DNA of 64,000 nucleotides from Batkoa obscura (Eukaryota): the NCBI GenBank assembly GCA_030770535.1, contig JASVEC010000010.1:434001-498000 (forward strand), read 5' to 3'. The notes under the pieces are model-generated. The model was not told the origin of the DNA. It searched no databases and saw only the letters and a list, made by a program, of their open reading frames with translations. Shown here piece by piece: positions 1-12,736 of the stretch (positions are counted from its first letter, which is position 1; every line of letters starts with the position of its first letter). Position numbers and translations under genes: made by a program.

Positions 1-1532
1 ATTAAGTATATTCTTATCAATAACAATAATTTATTACATTTAAATTGGAGATTAATTAAATCAAAACTGTATAGATTTCTTTGTAGCTACTCGTTGAGAT
101 TTTATTTAATCTAGCCTTTACCATTGGATTTAGTTTGAAAATATACTTAAAAAGTTAAACTCTATTATAGTTTTAGTTCTTGAAAGCCTTCATTATATTA
201 TTTAATTTAATTGTGTGTTCAGTTCGTATTTTAAATTTAATGCCAATATTTTATTATTTAAAAGATTATTTGAACCTTAAAATACATTCATTGCTGATTT
301 TTTTTAAAAGTCCTTAAACAGTTGAATCGATATATTGCGACAACATAAAAATACAAAATTGTAATTATACTTTTCTTATCATTATTTTAGAAGATACTAT
401 TAATCAATCTTTAAATGACAAATTGTATTTTTATTTCATAGTAGAGATATCCAATTACTAATCCTGCTAATGTTTTTAACTAGTAAAAAACAAGGTAAAT
501 GTTATGTTATCTAACATCCTATAATTTATATAATATGTCAATTTTAATATTAACTTCATAGATAATTGCTATCTATAAAAAGGCGTTTCGTATTTACTGT
601 TCGTAGTAATTTCTATTTAAATTAAATTAGATTTCCATAATTTCTAATGACATTTGATTAAATGTAAATAAAATAAAATGGTCGTTACAAAGATTAATGT
701 TTTTGTTTTTAAGTTATATTGAACAACACTACTACCAATCATTTACAAAACAATATAGCCAAATTTTTACATCTATACTTTTCATATGTAATAATTTGTA
801 TGGTAATAATTTATAATTTAGGCTTGATTTATTGACCTTTTTATTATTCCACGAAATTACGAAGACTTTGAATTTTGATATGAAATAATGACTTTTAATT
901 TTATAGCGAAATGTAAATAAATTTTAATATACTACTTTATTTATCATTAATGACTATTAGAATTCAATAGTTTTTGAATTTCAAGTTGTAATTGCCGTAT
1001 GATTTGTAAATTTGTGAATCTGTGATAGAATATACCCAAGAATTAGAGGATTAAATCCAAGTTTTAGTAAAAATGATCTTAAAAATAGTCACAGTATCTT
1101 TTATGCAGATTTGACTTTTTATCCCCACTCTAAGTTCTGCAAAAAAGAACGCAATAATATTTTATTGGCTAGTGTAAGCATTATTATAAATCTAAAGAAG
1201 TCACTTAGGAAAATTAGAATACAAATCATTGTTTATACGGTTGTAAATATAAATTTATCATTAGCAAGTATATCAAAGTGATATACAACGCACTAATCAT
1301 AGTTAATTTACTTTTCATATTTTTACACGTTTACAAAGGGCCACTTTATAATACTCACTTTGGACGGAAATAAGGTTAGTTTTTTATAAACATATTTTTA
1401 CCCTAAATGACCAAATATAATCCTTAATTTATCGAAGCTTATATCATAAATGTAACTCTTTTCTTTTAGATTTCCATAAAATTATAACTAAGAGAATAAT
1501 TTAAAACATTCAGGTTATATCAAATTAAAAAA

Positions 1533-4477
1533 ATGTTTTGGAGATTTGCATTTCAAGCCAACGCTGTTAGTTTCGAAACACTTTTAGATAAATTAGATCA
1601 AGCTGAGGAAGACACGAGGGTTTCATCTGATGACCAATCTACTGACTCTGAATCTATATCTCATGCTTGGGATAATGAATTGGAAGCCGTACTTAAAGAC
1701 GCTGAGCTTTTACAGGAATTGAAAAAAGGAAATGACCGATTGCTTCACTGGTAAATATTATATATAAAAAACCTTATTCTATTATTCAATTTCGATGATT
1801 AACTAATATAATTTAGGCTAAGTAAACCCGAAGTAATTGCTAAACTTTTTAATTGGGTTTTTGAAAATGGAATTGCTCCAGGGAATAAACAAGCTCAAAA
1901 GCAAGGAAGCTCAGCTGAGGAAGGAATCAATAAGAAAGAAGAAACAAATGATTCTAATGAAGATGACTCAAAAAAAGAAACAAGTAGCTCATCTAATATC
2001 CTAGATGACGAAATCATATCAACTGGTGTAGGGGCATTTGTGGAAAACTCTTCTAAAGCTGAAGAGGAACTAGCGGCTGGAAAAAGGAAACTTGCATTAA
2101 TCAGTTTAGAAATTCTAGCCTTTGAGAACCTTATTATACAAGATACCATCTTGAGGTATCCTGATAATGCACTTCAAAAGCTCTGGGATATCATTTATTT
2201 GCCTCCAAACACTCAAATACCACCTCACCTATCTCTTGCTTTTGGGCGTATTTTCACTTCGTTAATTGCGCGCCGGACGCGTCAAGCTTTAGCCTTTTTA
2301 TATGAACAAAAGGATACTGTAAAATCCATTTTAGATCATTTAGATGATACTATGGTTTTAGATATATTATTGAAGCTTTTATGCTTGGAGGAGATGTCCG
2401 ATGGACAAGGAGTTGCAGAATGGCTCCATGCTCAAGGTCTTATTCAGATGTTAGTTGATCGTATGGATCCTAAATATGGATATGATATCCATTCTAATGT
2501 ATCACAGGTCCTTTTACATATTTTAGCTATTTCTCAAGCACCTCCTACAGCTACAGGACAAAGTGGAAATCCACAAACCAATTTTGGATTTGATCCAGTA
2601 ACAGGTCAGCCTTATGCCTCACGTTGCTACTCATTAGTTAAAGATCTTACGAGGTAAACTTATTTGATACAATTTTTAGTATAAATTGCTTGGGTTTCAG
2701 TTTGTCTTTTTAATAATCTTGTGTTTTAATCAATCAAATTAGTGAAGCCACATTGAACCGCATTGTATATTATATGTTGGATGTTCCATTGCCAGTCGAG
2801 TTATTGGAAAAAGATCCTTTCTTGCCTTCATCTCAATTAATATCTTCATTAACGTTTGGGGTAACAATTTTTATTGAAATCATTCGTAGACATTTCTTGT
2901 AAGCTTTTGTCATTTTTAGTTCATTAATATTTTTGCAATATATAATGATTTTTTATACCTTTTAATTTATTAGAGATAGTGATACTGACCACCATGGACA
3001 GAGCTCCGCAAGAAATTCCCGCTCACCTTCTCCAAGCCCACCACTTTCAGCAAGTCAAACATCTACTCCACCTTTAGTTGATTTGGGTATTTTAATTAGT
3101 ATTCTTACTCGAAGGCTCCCTGATTTCGTTAAACTTTTAAGAGAACCACGTTCAATCGTATACTTTTAATTTACATTTAATTACTTTACTAATCATTTCG
3201 TTAGAACCAGCCTATATCGAATACTTCTGGTACTTTTATTCCACTTGGGTTTGAGAGATTAAAAGTTTGTGAATTAATTGCTGAACTTTTACATGGATCA
3301 AATATGAAGAGTTTGAACATCACGCCCGCACCTTTGGGTGCAGAGGAAATTAATAGACTTATTGAAAAACGTGATAGTTTCTTAGATAAGCCAGGATTAG
3401 AAAGCTTCATTGATCCTGTCCCACTTATAGCAACTAAAAAAATTAAACCTTCTGTAAGTGATAAACCATCATTAGGTAAATTTGATCAATTTGGTGTATC
3501 TGAAGAAACTACTCAAACTCCAGAGGAACCTGTATCAGAAAGTGTAGATTCATTTGTTGAAGATAAAAAGGTAGAAGAGTCAGAAGAAATTAATGATGAT
3601 AATCCTATTCCGGAAATGGAATCTTTAAGTATCAGCAAGGCTACAGAAAAAAAGATTTCAATAGGAGAATGGGCTAAGTTAAGTATATTAGATAATGATG
3701 TACTTATCGTGTTCTTGGATTTATTCCAAAGTTATCCATGGAATAATTTTGTTCATGTAGTAGTGTTTGATATCATCCATCAAGTTTTAAATTTACCTAC
3801 GGACCATATTACTAATCTATCACTAATATCTTCTCTCTTTATTAATGCTAAAATTACAGAACGTATCTTAAATATTCAGAATAGTAATGATAATACAACT
3901 TCAAACTCAAGTGGAATTCGATTAGGTTATATGGGGTATCTCACATTTATTGCTGAAGAAACAGTAAAGCTTATAGATCGTGCTGGTTTTGAGTTAGGTG
4001 AAAGGGTTCAAAAGTTTGCTCACTCACCTAGTTGGCAAGAATATGTTTATCAAGCGTTAAGTGAAACTAAGAAAAGAGATATGGAACCTTTAGATGGCAA
4101 CATGACGAATTATTCCCCAGGACCCTCTACGTTGACTACCCCTTCTGCTAATTTACAATATAACGACTCAAAAACTGCTTCAAATTTAGATCATATAACT
4201 GATAGTATTACTAGTACTGAAGGAGAAATTAATATTCAAACAGGGAGCCTTAATGAACAGGTACTATTTAATATATATATATATAATGGATATTAATTTT
4301 ATCTAGCTTAATAGTTCAACTTCAGATCACTTTAATAATCTTGAGCCAAATAGTTTTAGTAATTCGAGATGGGGCGTTGAGGATGATGAAGACGATGATG
4401 AAGATGAAGAGGATGATGACGAGCTTGGTTTACATAGACCTATACCAACTCATTTTTCTTCACCACCTTCTATGTAG
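1533..4477 (+). CDS. SAPS-domain protein (SIT4/PP6 phosphatase-associated, Sap155/185/190-like), spliced
   Basis: N-terminus MFWRFAF typical of SAPS proteins; motifs ELLQELK, LGFERLKVCELIAELLHGSNM, YPWNNFVH, RLGYMGYLTFIAEE; ORF pieces joined by GT-AG introns (e.g. 1751-1816, 4261-4306); acidic last exon ending TAG 4475-4477. Confidence 0.9.
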
Positions 4478-5657
4478 AGTGCGGCGTATTTTATACTTCT
4501 AGTTAGTTCTATAAAAACCTAACTACTCTAACTCAATACCCCTAATTTTTTGCGAATTTCTTAATAAGCTCGCAAGTCGCAATTTAAAATAAATCACTTT
4601 TTAATTACATTATACTTTACTTTAACAATATATAAGTTGAAGATACCCATACTATTAAAAGTTGATAAAAAGCGTATAATTAAAAAAAGGAGAGTAAAAA
4701 TATTAAAACGAATCTATTTTATTTATATATACAATACTAATTTATAGCTAAGGAATCACTTTATTAATCCATCTATCTAATAATTGCTATTTAAATAACA
4801 AATGCTATTATACATATCAAAGGTGGTAATACATAACCAATCATTTATTTATAAATATTTTTCAACAATAACAATTGTCTAGATATATCTGAGCTATCTC
4901 TATACTAAGAGTAACGGTTAAAGTATGTATATTTTGTAGAGTTATGATATAATAAATTTTGTGCTAAATTTCATGATTACATTACTTGAGCTTTCTTTAT
5001 TTTATACAGTAGTTGAACTTTAATTATTTATCCTTCTATTATAATACTACCATTTAGATACCTTTTGAACCCTGATTATTAATAGAAATTTTAATACCTA
5101 ACTATTAATATGTCTATAGCCTCATATCAATATACTAAATTAATTTATCAGCTTCAAAAGCTTTTTATTCTACCATTAGTACTTATTTATTATAGATAAT
5201 GTAGCCAAAATTGACAAATTCTATTTTAATGTTAATGTTTTAGGCCAATCAAAGTTGGCATATCGTAAAGTGACTCTCCACTTATCATTGGTTGATTGTA
5301 TCTAAGCCGTCTACCATTGGCTCTTAATGCCTCAGTTTTGTGATGCCACGTAACAAAGGGTATTAGTATACTTGATTCTCCACTAATATATTGTTAAACA
5401 AACATAAAGGGGTAAAAAAAAATGATGAAGGTGATTATCTCAAAATGATTGGCTAGTAAAGCAACCAAAACAATGCTTCACATCCAATCTAAGGCAACTC
5501 AAACAATAAATAAAGATCAAAAGTTTATTTTATAATTTGTTTTATTAAACTATTTAACATTCAAGTAAATAAAAGATAACATACTAGTTTTATATATTAA
5601 TAAACCGTTTTTTAGGAAATTCTATTGTAAATATAAGATAGTTTTAACAATAAAGAA

Positions 5658-6526
5658 ATGGATCAAGTAAAAGAATACTCTGCCCAGTTAGAGGATAAAT
5701 TAATCCAAATCACCGCGCCAATTAAGCCTTATTTTGCAAATATTGCTCGTTTTCTTCTTGTAGTTACATTTTATGAAGACTCTTTAAGAATTATTATGCA
5801 ATGGTCTGAACAAGTGTTTTTTATGAGACATCACCGTGGATTGCCATGGATTGTCCCAGAAGTTTTCCTTGGTTTAAACGTTATTGTAAGTAACTCAAAT
5901 ATTCAATTATACTTTTTTAAAAATTATATATAAAGTTTATGTTGATTTGTTCCACTCTTGCTGTACAACGTAAATATACTGAATATGCTGTCGCTGGCTT
6001 AGTTGGTGTTGTTATTTCTCAAGCAATTGGTTATGGTATGGTATTTGACTTTAAATTTATCCTTTATAACTTTTCAGTTATTGGCGGACTTTTAATGCTC
6101 TTATCTGAAAATTTACTTGCTAAACGTAAACAAGTATTTGCTGGTTTACCTTCAATTACTCAAACTGAAAAATCAACTTATATTTTATTGGCTGGTCGTA
6201 TCCTCCTTGTTTTCCTTTTCCTTGGCTTTGTATTTGCTGGTGAGTTCACGCTTTTCCGTGCAGTTGTTTCAGTCATTGGTCTTGTTGCTTGTGGTATGAT
6301 TGCTGTTGGATTTAAAGCCAAATGGTCAGCCCTTTTTATGGTACTTTTCTTAAGTATACTAAATATTTTTGTCAACAATTGGTGGTCCTTATCTGATCAT
6401 CATTTTGAAAGAGACCATGCTAAATATGATTTCTTCCAAACCCTCTCTACTGTTGGAGGTTTCTTACTTTTAGCCTCTGTAGGTCCAGGAGGATTTTCTA
6501 TGGACGAAAAGAAAAAGAACTTTTAA
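5658..6526 (+). CDS. ERV29: SURF4/Erv29 ER-to-Golgi cargo receptor
   Basis: ARFLLVVTFYEDSLRI, KYDFFQTLSTVGGFLLL, GPGGFSMDEKKKNF C-terminal dilysine signal; intron 5886-5935. Confidence 0.95.
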
Positions 6527-6794
6527 TTTAGATGCCCCTAATTGTTTAGGACAAATACTTACTGTCACAAAAGCGAATTTATAGAGTTCCATTTTTATCC
6601 TTTATTAAAAAGTTTGAATGGGCTTTATTTTTATAATAAAACTTAACATTTATCTATTTTATTATAAGTAACTTAATGTATAGTAGTCTTGTATTATGAT
6701 GTGATTAATTAACACTAAATATACAAATAGAAGGAATTTTAATGTTATAATTTATTTTTTGATAGTAGTATGGACTATCTATCTACTCTATGAC

Positions 6795-7692
6795 TTATGG
6801 AGAAGGTTTTACAGATTTTAAGTAAGCTTCCCACCCTACTTCACGATATTTTTTAGCCATCTTAACTGGATTTTCACTGTTGATAATGTTTCTACCAACA
6901 ATAATAATATCTGAGTGGTTCTTTGTTATAATAGACTCAGGTGTTCTATACTGTTGCCCCATAGCATCGCCTGCTACTTCAAGTCCAATACCTGGGGTCA
7001 TAACAATCATTGGGGTAGCTTCTGACTTTAATTGACCTGCGGCAATAAACCCTGCTACAAAGTCGCTATGCTGGTCTGCAAGCTTAACATTTTTTTCAGT
7101 ATAGTCACCAGTTGCTAAAGAGCCAGCACTTGACATTTGAGCCAAAAGTAATAAAGCCCTTGGCTTTGGTACAAGGGTGGTATCTAAACCTACCGACTTT
7201 AAACCTTGAATGATACCTTCACCAGGTATAATATGGCAGTTAGTAAAGTCGGCCCATTGAGCGATTCTATATACACCTTTAAGATATTGGTTTTTCACAG
7301 TATTACCTAAGAGTGTAAATGAAAGAAAAATACTATAAAAATTTATATACCAATATCAGCAAATTTTCGATCTTCGAAAATCATGAAGTTATGTTTCTTT
7401 GCTAAAAACTGTAATTCTTCGATGATAGAATAGTCGAAATCTTCCAAGATATCAATATGTGTCTATCAAGAGTAAAATTTATATTTTTTTGATAGAAGTA
7501 AATTACCTTTAATAAACAAATATAAGGTCCAAGTTGGTCAGCTAATTCAAGGAACTTCTTTTTATTGGTTACATCTAAAGAAAGGCATAAATTACTCTCC
7601 TTTTCAATAACAAGGTTTAAAAATTCTTTGGCTGTTACATTTTGTTGTAATTCAGCTTTTTGTTGGTAAGTATAAGAGCGATAGTTTGACAT
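6795..7692 (-). CDS. URA3: orotidine-5'-phosphate decarboxylase
   Basis: [55 protein letters not shown] across three exons. Confidence 0.96.
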
Positions 7693-7796
7693 ATTGAAGG
7701 ATAACAATTAAAAAAACTTTATTTACTTAAGTTGCTATTTTATTCTTGCTCTGCTTGAAAGTGGTCTTATTGGCTCAAAAGAAAGAACTACCATTT

Positions 7797-7895
7797 GGGA
7801 GTGTTTTTTTTGACTTCATTACTTTTTCCATTTTTTAAGCACTATTTGAATGGAAAATTTGTTGGTAAAATTCTTAAACACAAAAATACATGCCC
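7797..7895. mobile_element. ~98-bp MITE family copy
   Basis: Matches family core (TTAAGCACTATTT...GGAAAA...GTAAAATTCTTAAA); ATTT duplicated on both sides. Confidence 0.85.
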
Positions 7896-8485
7896 ATTTG
7901 TTAACTTCTAAAGATTAAAACAGTCCCTTTAAAAATGTAATTAAAAAAGAATTATTTTATAATTTAATAATTGTATGTCAACAATTAATAATTTAAAAAT
8001 TAAAAATTGTTTAAAGCCCCATACTAACCATAACTTGCATGTTTTTGGTTATAAAAATAAGTGGTACCTTAGGTTTATTTTAACATTGAATATAAATGTA
8101 AAATAATATTTGATTAAATCTTGGCTTAAAACAAAATGATCCTACACTATAGATAATAATAGTATACTTTATATCTTTAATGGTTTAATTAAATGTAGTT
8201 ATCAAGTTTTTTTAATTGCATTTGATGTCCAAGTATGTTTTTGTAATTCGTTAAAATTATCAAAATAAATATTCAATCTCATATGTAATGTGTCAAACAT
8301 GCAGAGCTGTTGCAGCTCTTTCTGTGATTTAATTATTTCCTATTTAAGAACTCTTTAGTAAAATTCATCTAGTTATAATAATTAGGCTATAAAAAATTGC
8401 CATACAAATAATTTTACTATAAAAATTACTATTAAAAAGGTTACAAAAGAGTTATAACACCTACAAGTATAAATCAACATAATAT

Positions 8486-8584
8486 GTTGATGTTTTTTTT
8501 GGTTTCATTACTTTTTTTATCTTTTAAGCACTATTTAAGTGGAAAAATTGTTAATAAAATTCTTAAATACAAAGATATATCCCC
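8486..8584. mobile_element. ~98-bp MITE family copy
   Basis: Family core; ends ATCCCC; ATAT target duplication. Confidence 0.85.
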
Positions 8585-9112
8585 ATATCTTATTTTTTGA
8601 AAATCTATAAAAAACAAGTGTAATACAAATTATTTGGTTATTAAGAACCACTATACAATTGGATACTCACATATCTGAACTTTTAAGATAAAAATACTGA
8701 TGTCTCAAAGCGGAGTAAACAATTACTAAACAATATGTTAAAATATTCACACAGAAAAATTATTTTTTATATTAGGAATAAAAGCAGACTACATCATTTA
8801 AATTTAGTTGTTGATAAAATATTTGAATACTGATTTAGTAGATAAGGATAATTTTTGAAAGAGACAAAACAAAGCTATTATAAAAAAGGATTTCATGCAT
8901 ACATCTTATTATTATATTAGATTAACAGTATTTAATTTTCAGAAGCCTAATATGCTAACAAACTTAATAAGTTCCAAACTGGCTTAAAATCTATTTTTGG
9001 TGATTGGTTCAAAATTCATCAAATTCAACTTAGCGAATTAAATCTTCATTCACATCACACCAGAAAAATTAATTTAAAAAGAGTGATTTAAATTAAAAAT
9101 CCATTTATAATA

Positions 9113-10859
9113 ATGTCAAATAATACAACTAATAACAATGAAAAAATAAAAGCTCACATTAAATCTCAGTCCTTGGTTATTGACAAAGTACAACCAAGTT
9201 TGGGGTTTTCACCTACAAATACTGTGATATTAGGATCAAGGAGACTTAGTTTGGATCATAATATGTTAGACTTGTCAAACGAGGCGATTTCATTAAACGA
9301 ATTGATTTATAACAACGGGGCTTACAATGATGAGGAAGAGAACGAAAACGATCTTGAAACAGGGAATGGAAAGACGAATTTAGAGCAAGCAAATGAATAT
9401 GATTTTATGAGCTTAAAAGAGGTTGAGTTTACAGGCCCCGAGATAGAGGATAAAAAAAGTGCGATTGATTATCTATTATGAATATTTATATCTTATCTAA
9501 TTCATGTTATAGTTAAAGTGATCCTTATAACAAATTGTAGAAACGGGGAATTAGGATATCATTTAACAAAAGAGTTTTTAAGAGAAGGACATAAGGTGAT
9601 TGCTTTAGCACCTAATTTATCGGAAATGTCCTTTTTGGAAGATAGTATGTATTCAGTTTTATTTTGCTCTTTTTGGTATACTTAATACATATATTTAGCT
9701 CCGAATTTAGACAAAAGGATCTTAAATTTTGAAAGTGAAGTATATATTAAATATACACTTAAAGTAAGTTTATACCATGTTTAATATTATAGTTGTTTTA
9801 TAGTTTTATTTAGTCGATTGCTGAGGCTTATCCTAGGATAGGTAATCATTTATCATACCATATAATATAATAATGCAATAACATCTTTACTATTATAGAT
9901 ATAATATGTGTTACACCAAGTGTAGATATTGTAGGCCCATTAAGTCGATTAGAGCCTATAAGTGATTATAAAGTTGAAGCTGTAAGAGTATTGTATCAAT
10001 TAAATTTACTCGGACCATTACAATTAATACAGCCAATCATAAGGAATCATTGTCGAAATCAGAAAAAACTAAGTTTATCATTTTTTATAATGAATTTTGG
10101 CCAATTACCTACTATTTGGAACGGGCTGTTTTCTTCGTGTATGAATTCCATTTTAACTTTAGCAACTAGTTTAAGGCTGGAATTAAAGCCCTTTGGTATG
10201 GATGTGTTGGTATTGAGAATCAAGAGTGAAAAATCATTGGTTTATTTCAATAATCTGGAATATAACCAGCTTAAGAAAGGTAATTTACCTCAATAATAAT
10301 GTCATATTATAATTTCTATAACAATACTTAACTTCACTTAATAGATCCATATTATAATAAATTATATGAATATATAGTTAACAAAGCCGTAATAAGCTAC
10401 CGAGAGATAGAAATGGAGTTAAAAAAATACAGTAGACATAGTAGAAGAATAATTTTAAATAGAAATAGCTCAAGTCATAAAAATTATGAATACGTAGTAA
10501 ATAGTTATAAACTACTTATTACATACTTCTTTTATTTATTAAGTTATATTCTACCAAATTATGAGTTTAATTTCAACTACTTTTATCATCAGAATAATCC
10601 TACTTGGCCAACAGATCAATCTCTCTTCAACTTGAATTCTTATTTTATCATGGATGATTCATTTCTAACTTGCTTTGTTCCTTTCTGGTTCTTAGATTGG
10701 ATTGCTTGGGATCTTTCTGGTATCGGCTATCTACATAATAAGGACTTACTTACTAATCCCTCATTATCCCCTCCTAATTATCATTTAAAATATCAAAATA
10801 GTGATTCAATTCCTAACTCTACTTATTCAACTAATTCTAATACAACTTCAACTATATAA
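9113..10859 (+). CDS. Ayr1-like short-chain dehydrogenase-fold protein with degenerate active site and acidic N-terminal extension, spliced
   Basis: Spliced frame gives KVILITNCRNGELGYHLTKEFLREGHKVIALA (Rossmann b1-aA) and PTIWNGLFSSCMNSILTLATSLRLELKPFGMDV (Ayr1-like 'LRLELxPFGxxV'); five GT-AG introns keep the frame open. Confidence 0.7.
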
Positions 10860-11081
10860 TATAATATAAGAACAATATAGCTATTTATTATTAATACTAT
10901 TATCCTATTGAAATTATTTATTCTACCTTAGACTATCAAACCATCGTTATTCCCCATTATACTATTAATAAAAAATTAAACAAAAATCTCATATTTGCTT
11001 TGACATTAAAAATTAACACTAATAATATTAAAGATATAATAAAACACTATAATAAATGCATGAAAAAAAACGGATTATAAT

Positions 11082-11598
11082 TTATTCCATCTCCATATCA
11101 AATAGCTCTCCGGAATCTCCCTGTTTCTTTTTATGACCTAAATTTAAAATAAAAGATTAATCAAGATTATTTTAAATGCCATTAATCTTACCTTCTTCAT
11201 CATCTTCTTTTTCTTCTTTTTCTGGATCAAGTTCTGAAATAGCTGAAAATGAATTTTGTAAAGGAGTATGGTGATGTACCATACTAGGATGAAGTTGGTT
11301 TTGAGTATAAGAGCTTTTGGTTACCCCTGGTATAAACCCTAAATTAGCTGGTGGTGTACGTGATAAAGGTGAGTTTCTCAAGTTTAATAAGGTGTGGCGA
11401 TCATAAATGATTCTAGTACCTAAATAAAGTTAAGCTTTATTATTCTATCTTAATTGTCTTTAAGTTACCTCCAGGTGTGGTAGAGAAAATGGTACCACGA
11501 GGAGTAGTCGAATAAGAAGAAGGTATTGGTAAACTTGGGTCCGCCTTTCTTACACGGATGGGTATGTTTTGGGCGGAAGATTCATTTGAGTTGGACAT
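11082..11598 (-). CDS. 4E-BP: eIF4E-binding protein (4E-BP, translational repressor)
   Basis: Spliced: [49 protein letters not shown]...ELFDMEME*; contains YxxxxL-phi motif, TP/SP sites, IPGVT and a TOS-like C-terminus. Confidence 0.93.
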
Positions 11599-11947
11599 TT
11601 CTAAAAGTGGTTGTTTAATCGTCTTTTTAAAAAAAAATTGCTTCAAAAAGGGCAGTTTTTATAAGTTTGCTATTTTTTACTTTTACTCTCTTTGCTTTTC
11701 GCTTTTCCAAGTGGAATGTTTTAACTGAAATTTATGCTTTATTAAGTCTATGTTATTTGTCCATTGGATTGAATAGTTTTTACTTGCAATATTACTGTGG
11801 ATAAAATTAATAAAATAAAATAAACTGAGGATTTGAACTTATTTCATTGGTTATTAAAAATACTCCAAGAAAATATAACTAATTTATAACTTGGTAAGAA
11901 ATAAGCAAAACAAACATCTTTTAAATTTTAGTTATTCTTTATTCGAA

Positions 11948-12425
11948 ATGAGATCCTATTTTAGATTATTACAAAATATAACAAATACTACAAAAGCAGC
12001 TCCAAAATTAAGTCAAATTAAGTTGGCTGATAAGTTTCAAAGGAGAATTGATAAAGATACCACTCACATAACAAAAGCTACTTTAATCGAATATTTTTCT
12101 TATGTTCTTTGTGGAGGTAATATAATAATAATGGCATAGTACTATAATTTCTATAGCCCAAATAAATATTATATGTAATCCTAAAAGAGTATAAATAAAC
12201 TAATAAGCTTATTTTAAATATAGGGATAGGAATGTACATGGTAATATATCATGATTATGGTTATCAAGATCATTGTTTCCAACCAGTAAATAATTTGAAC
12301 ATTTAATTAGAATAACGAATACTAACGATTTGTTATAGTTAAGAAGATGGTATTTTAAGAAAGTTAACCAGTTTTGGAGTTTATCAGAATCAGAAAAATT
12401 GGAATTGGAACAGAAAAAGAATTAA
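11948..12425 (+). CDS. small single-pass protein, putatively mitochondrial, unknown function
   Basis: Basic N-terminus MRSYFRLLQNIT; spliced frame YFSYVLCGGIGMYMVIYHDYGYQDHCFQP|LRRWYFKKVNQFWSLSESEKLELEQKKN* with GT-AG introns. Confidence 0.65.
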
Positions 12426-12666
12426 GCTACCTCTTCAATAAAATTTATAGAAATAGTCATTAGATATATCTTTTGTATTATTATATATTATTTTTGGTAA
12501 AAACGAAATTATATACCATACTAATTTTGTTTTCTAATATCAATATACATCAAAACATTAAATTTTATTAATATTGATCATTTCTAATTGTTTCCAATTT
12601 ATGCAAAAAAAAACGCGAATAAAATTAAACTTAAAATTAAACTTGTTAAATTAGACTAAAAATATC

Positions 12667-12673
12667 TGACTCA
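12667..12673 (+). promoter_or_regulatory. Gcn4/CpcA (AP-1-type) site TGACTCA upstream of SER1
   Basis: Exact TGACTCA about 65 bp upstream of the ATG of an amino-acid biosynthesis gene. Confidence 0.55.
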
Positions 12674-12736
12674 TCATGTAGATAAAAAGGAGTAAATCAT
12701 AGAGTGAAAATTTTAACTTTTTAGTCAAATAACTCA

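Noticed and set aside
1895..3410. Minus-strand ORFs 1895-2149 and 3201-3410
   Set aside because: Antisense shadows of SAPS exons
6117..6378. Short ORFs overlapping ERV29
   Set aside because: Alternative-frame or antisense shadows of a conserved gene
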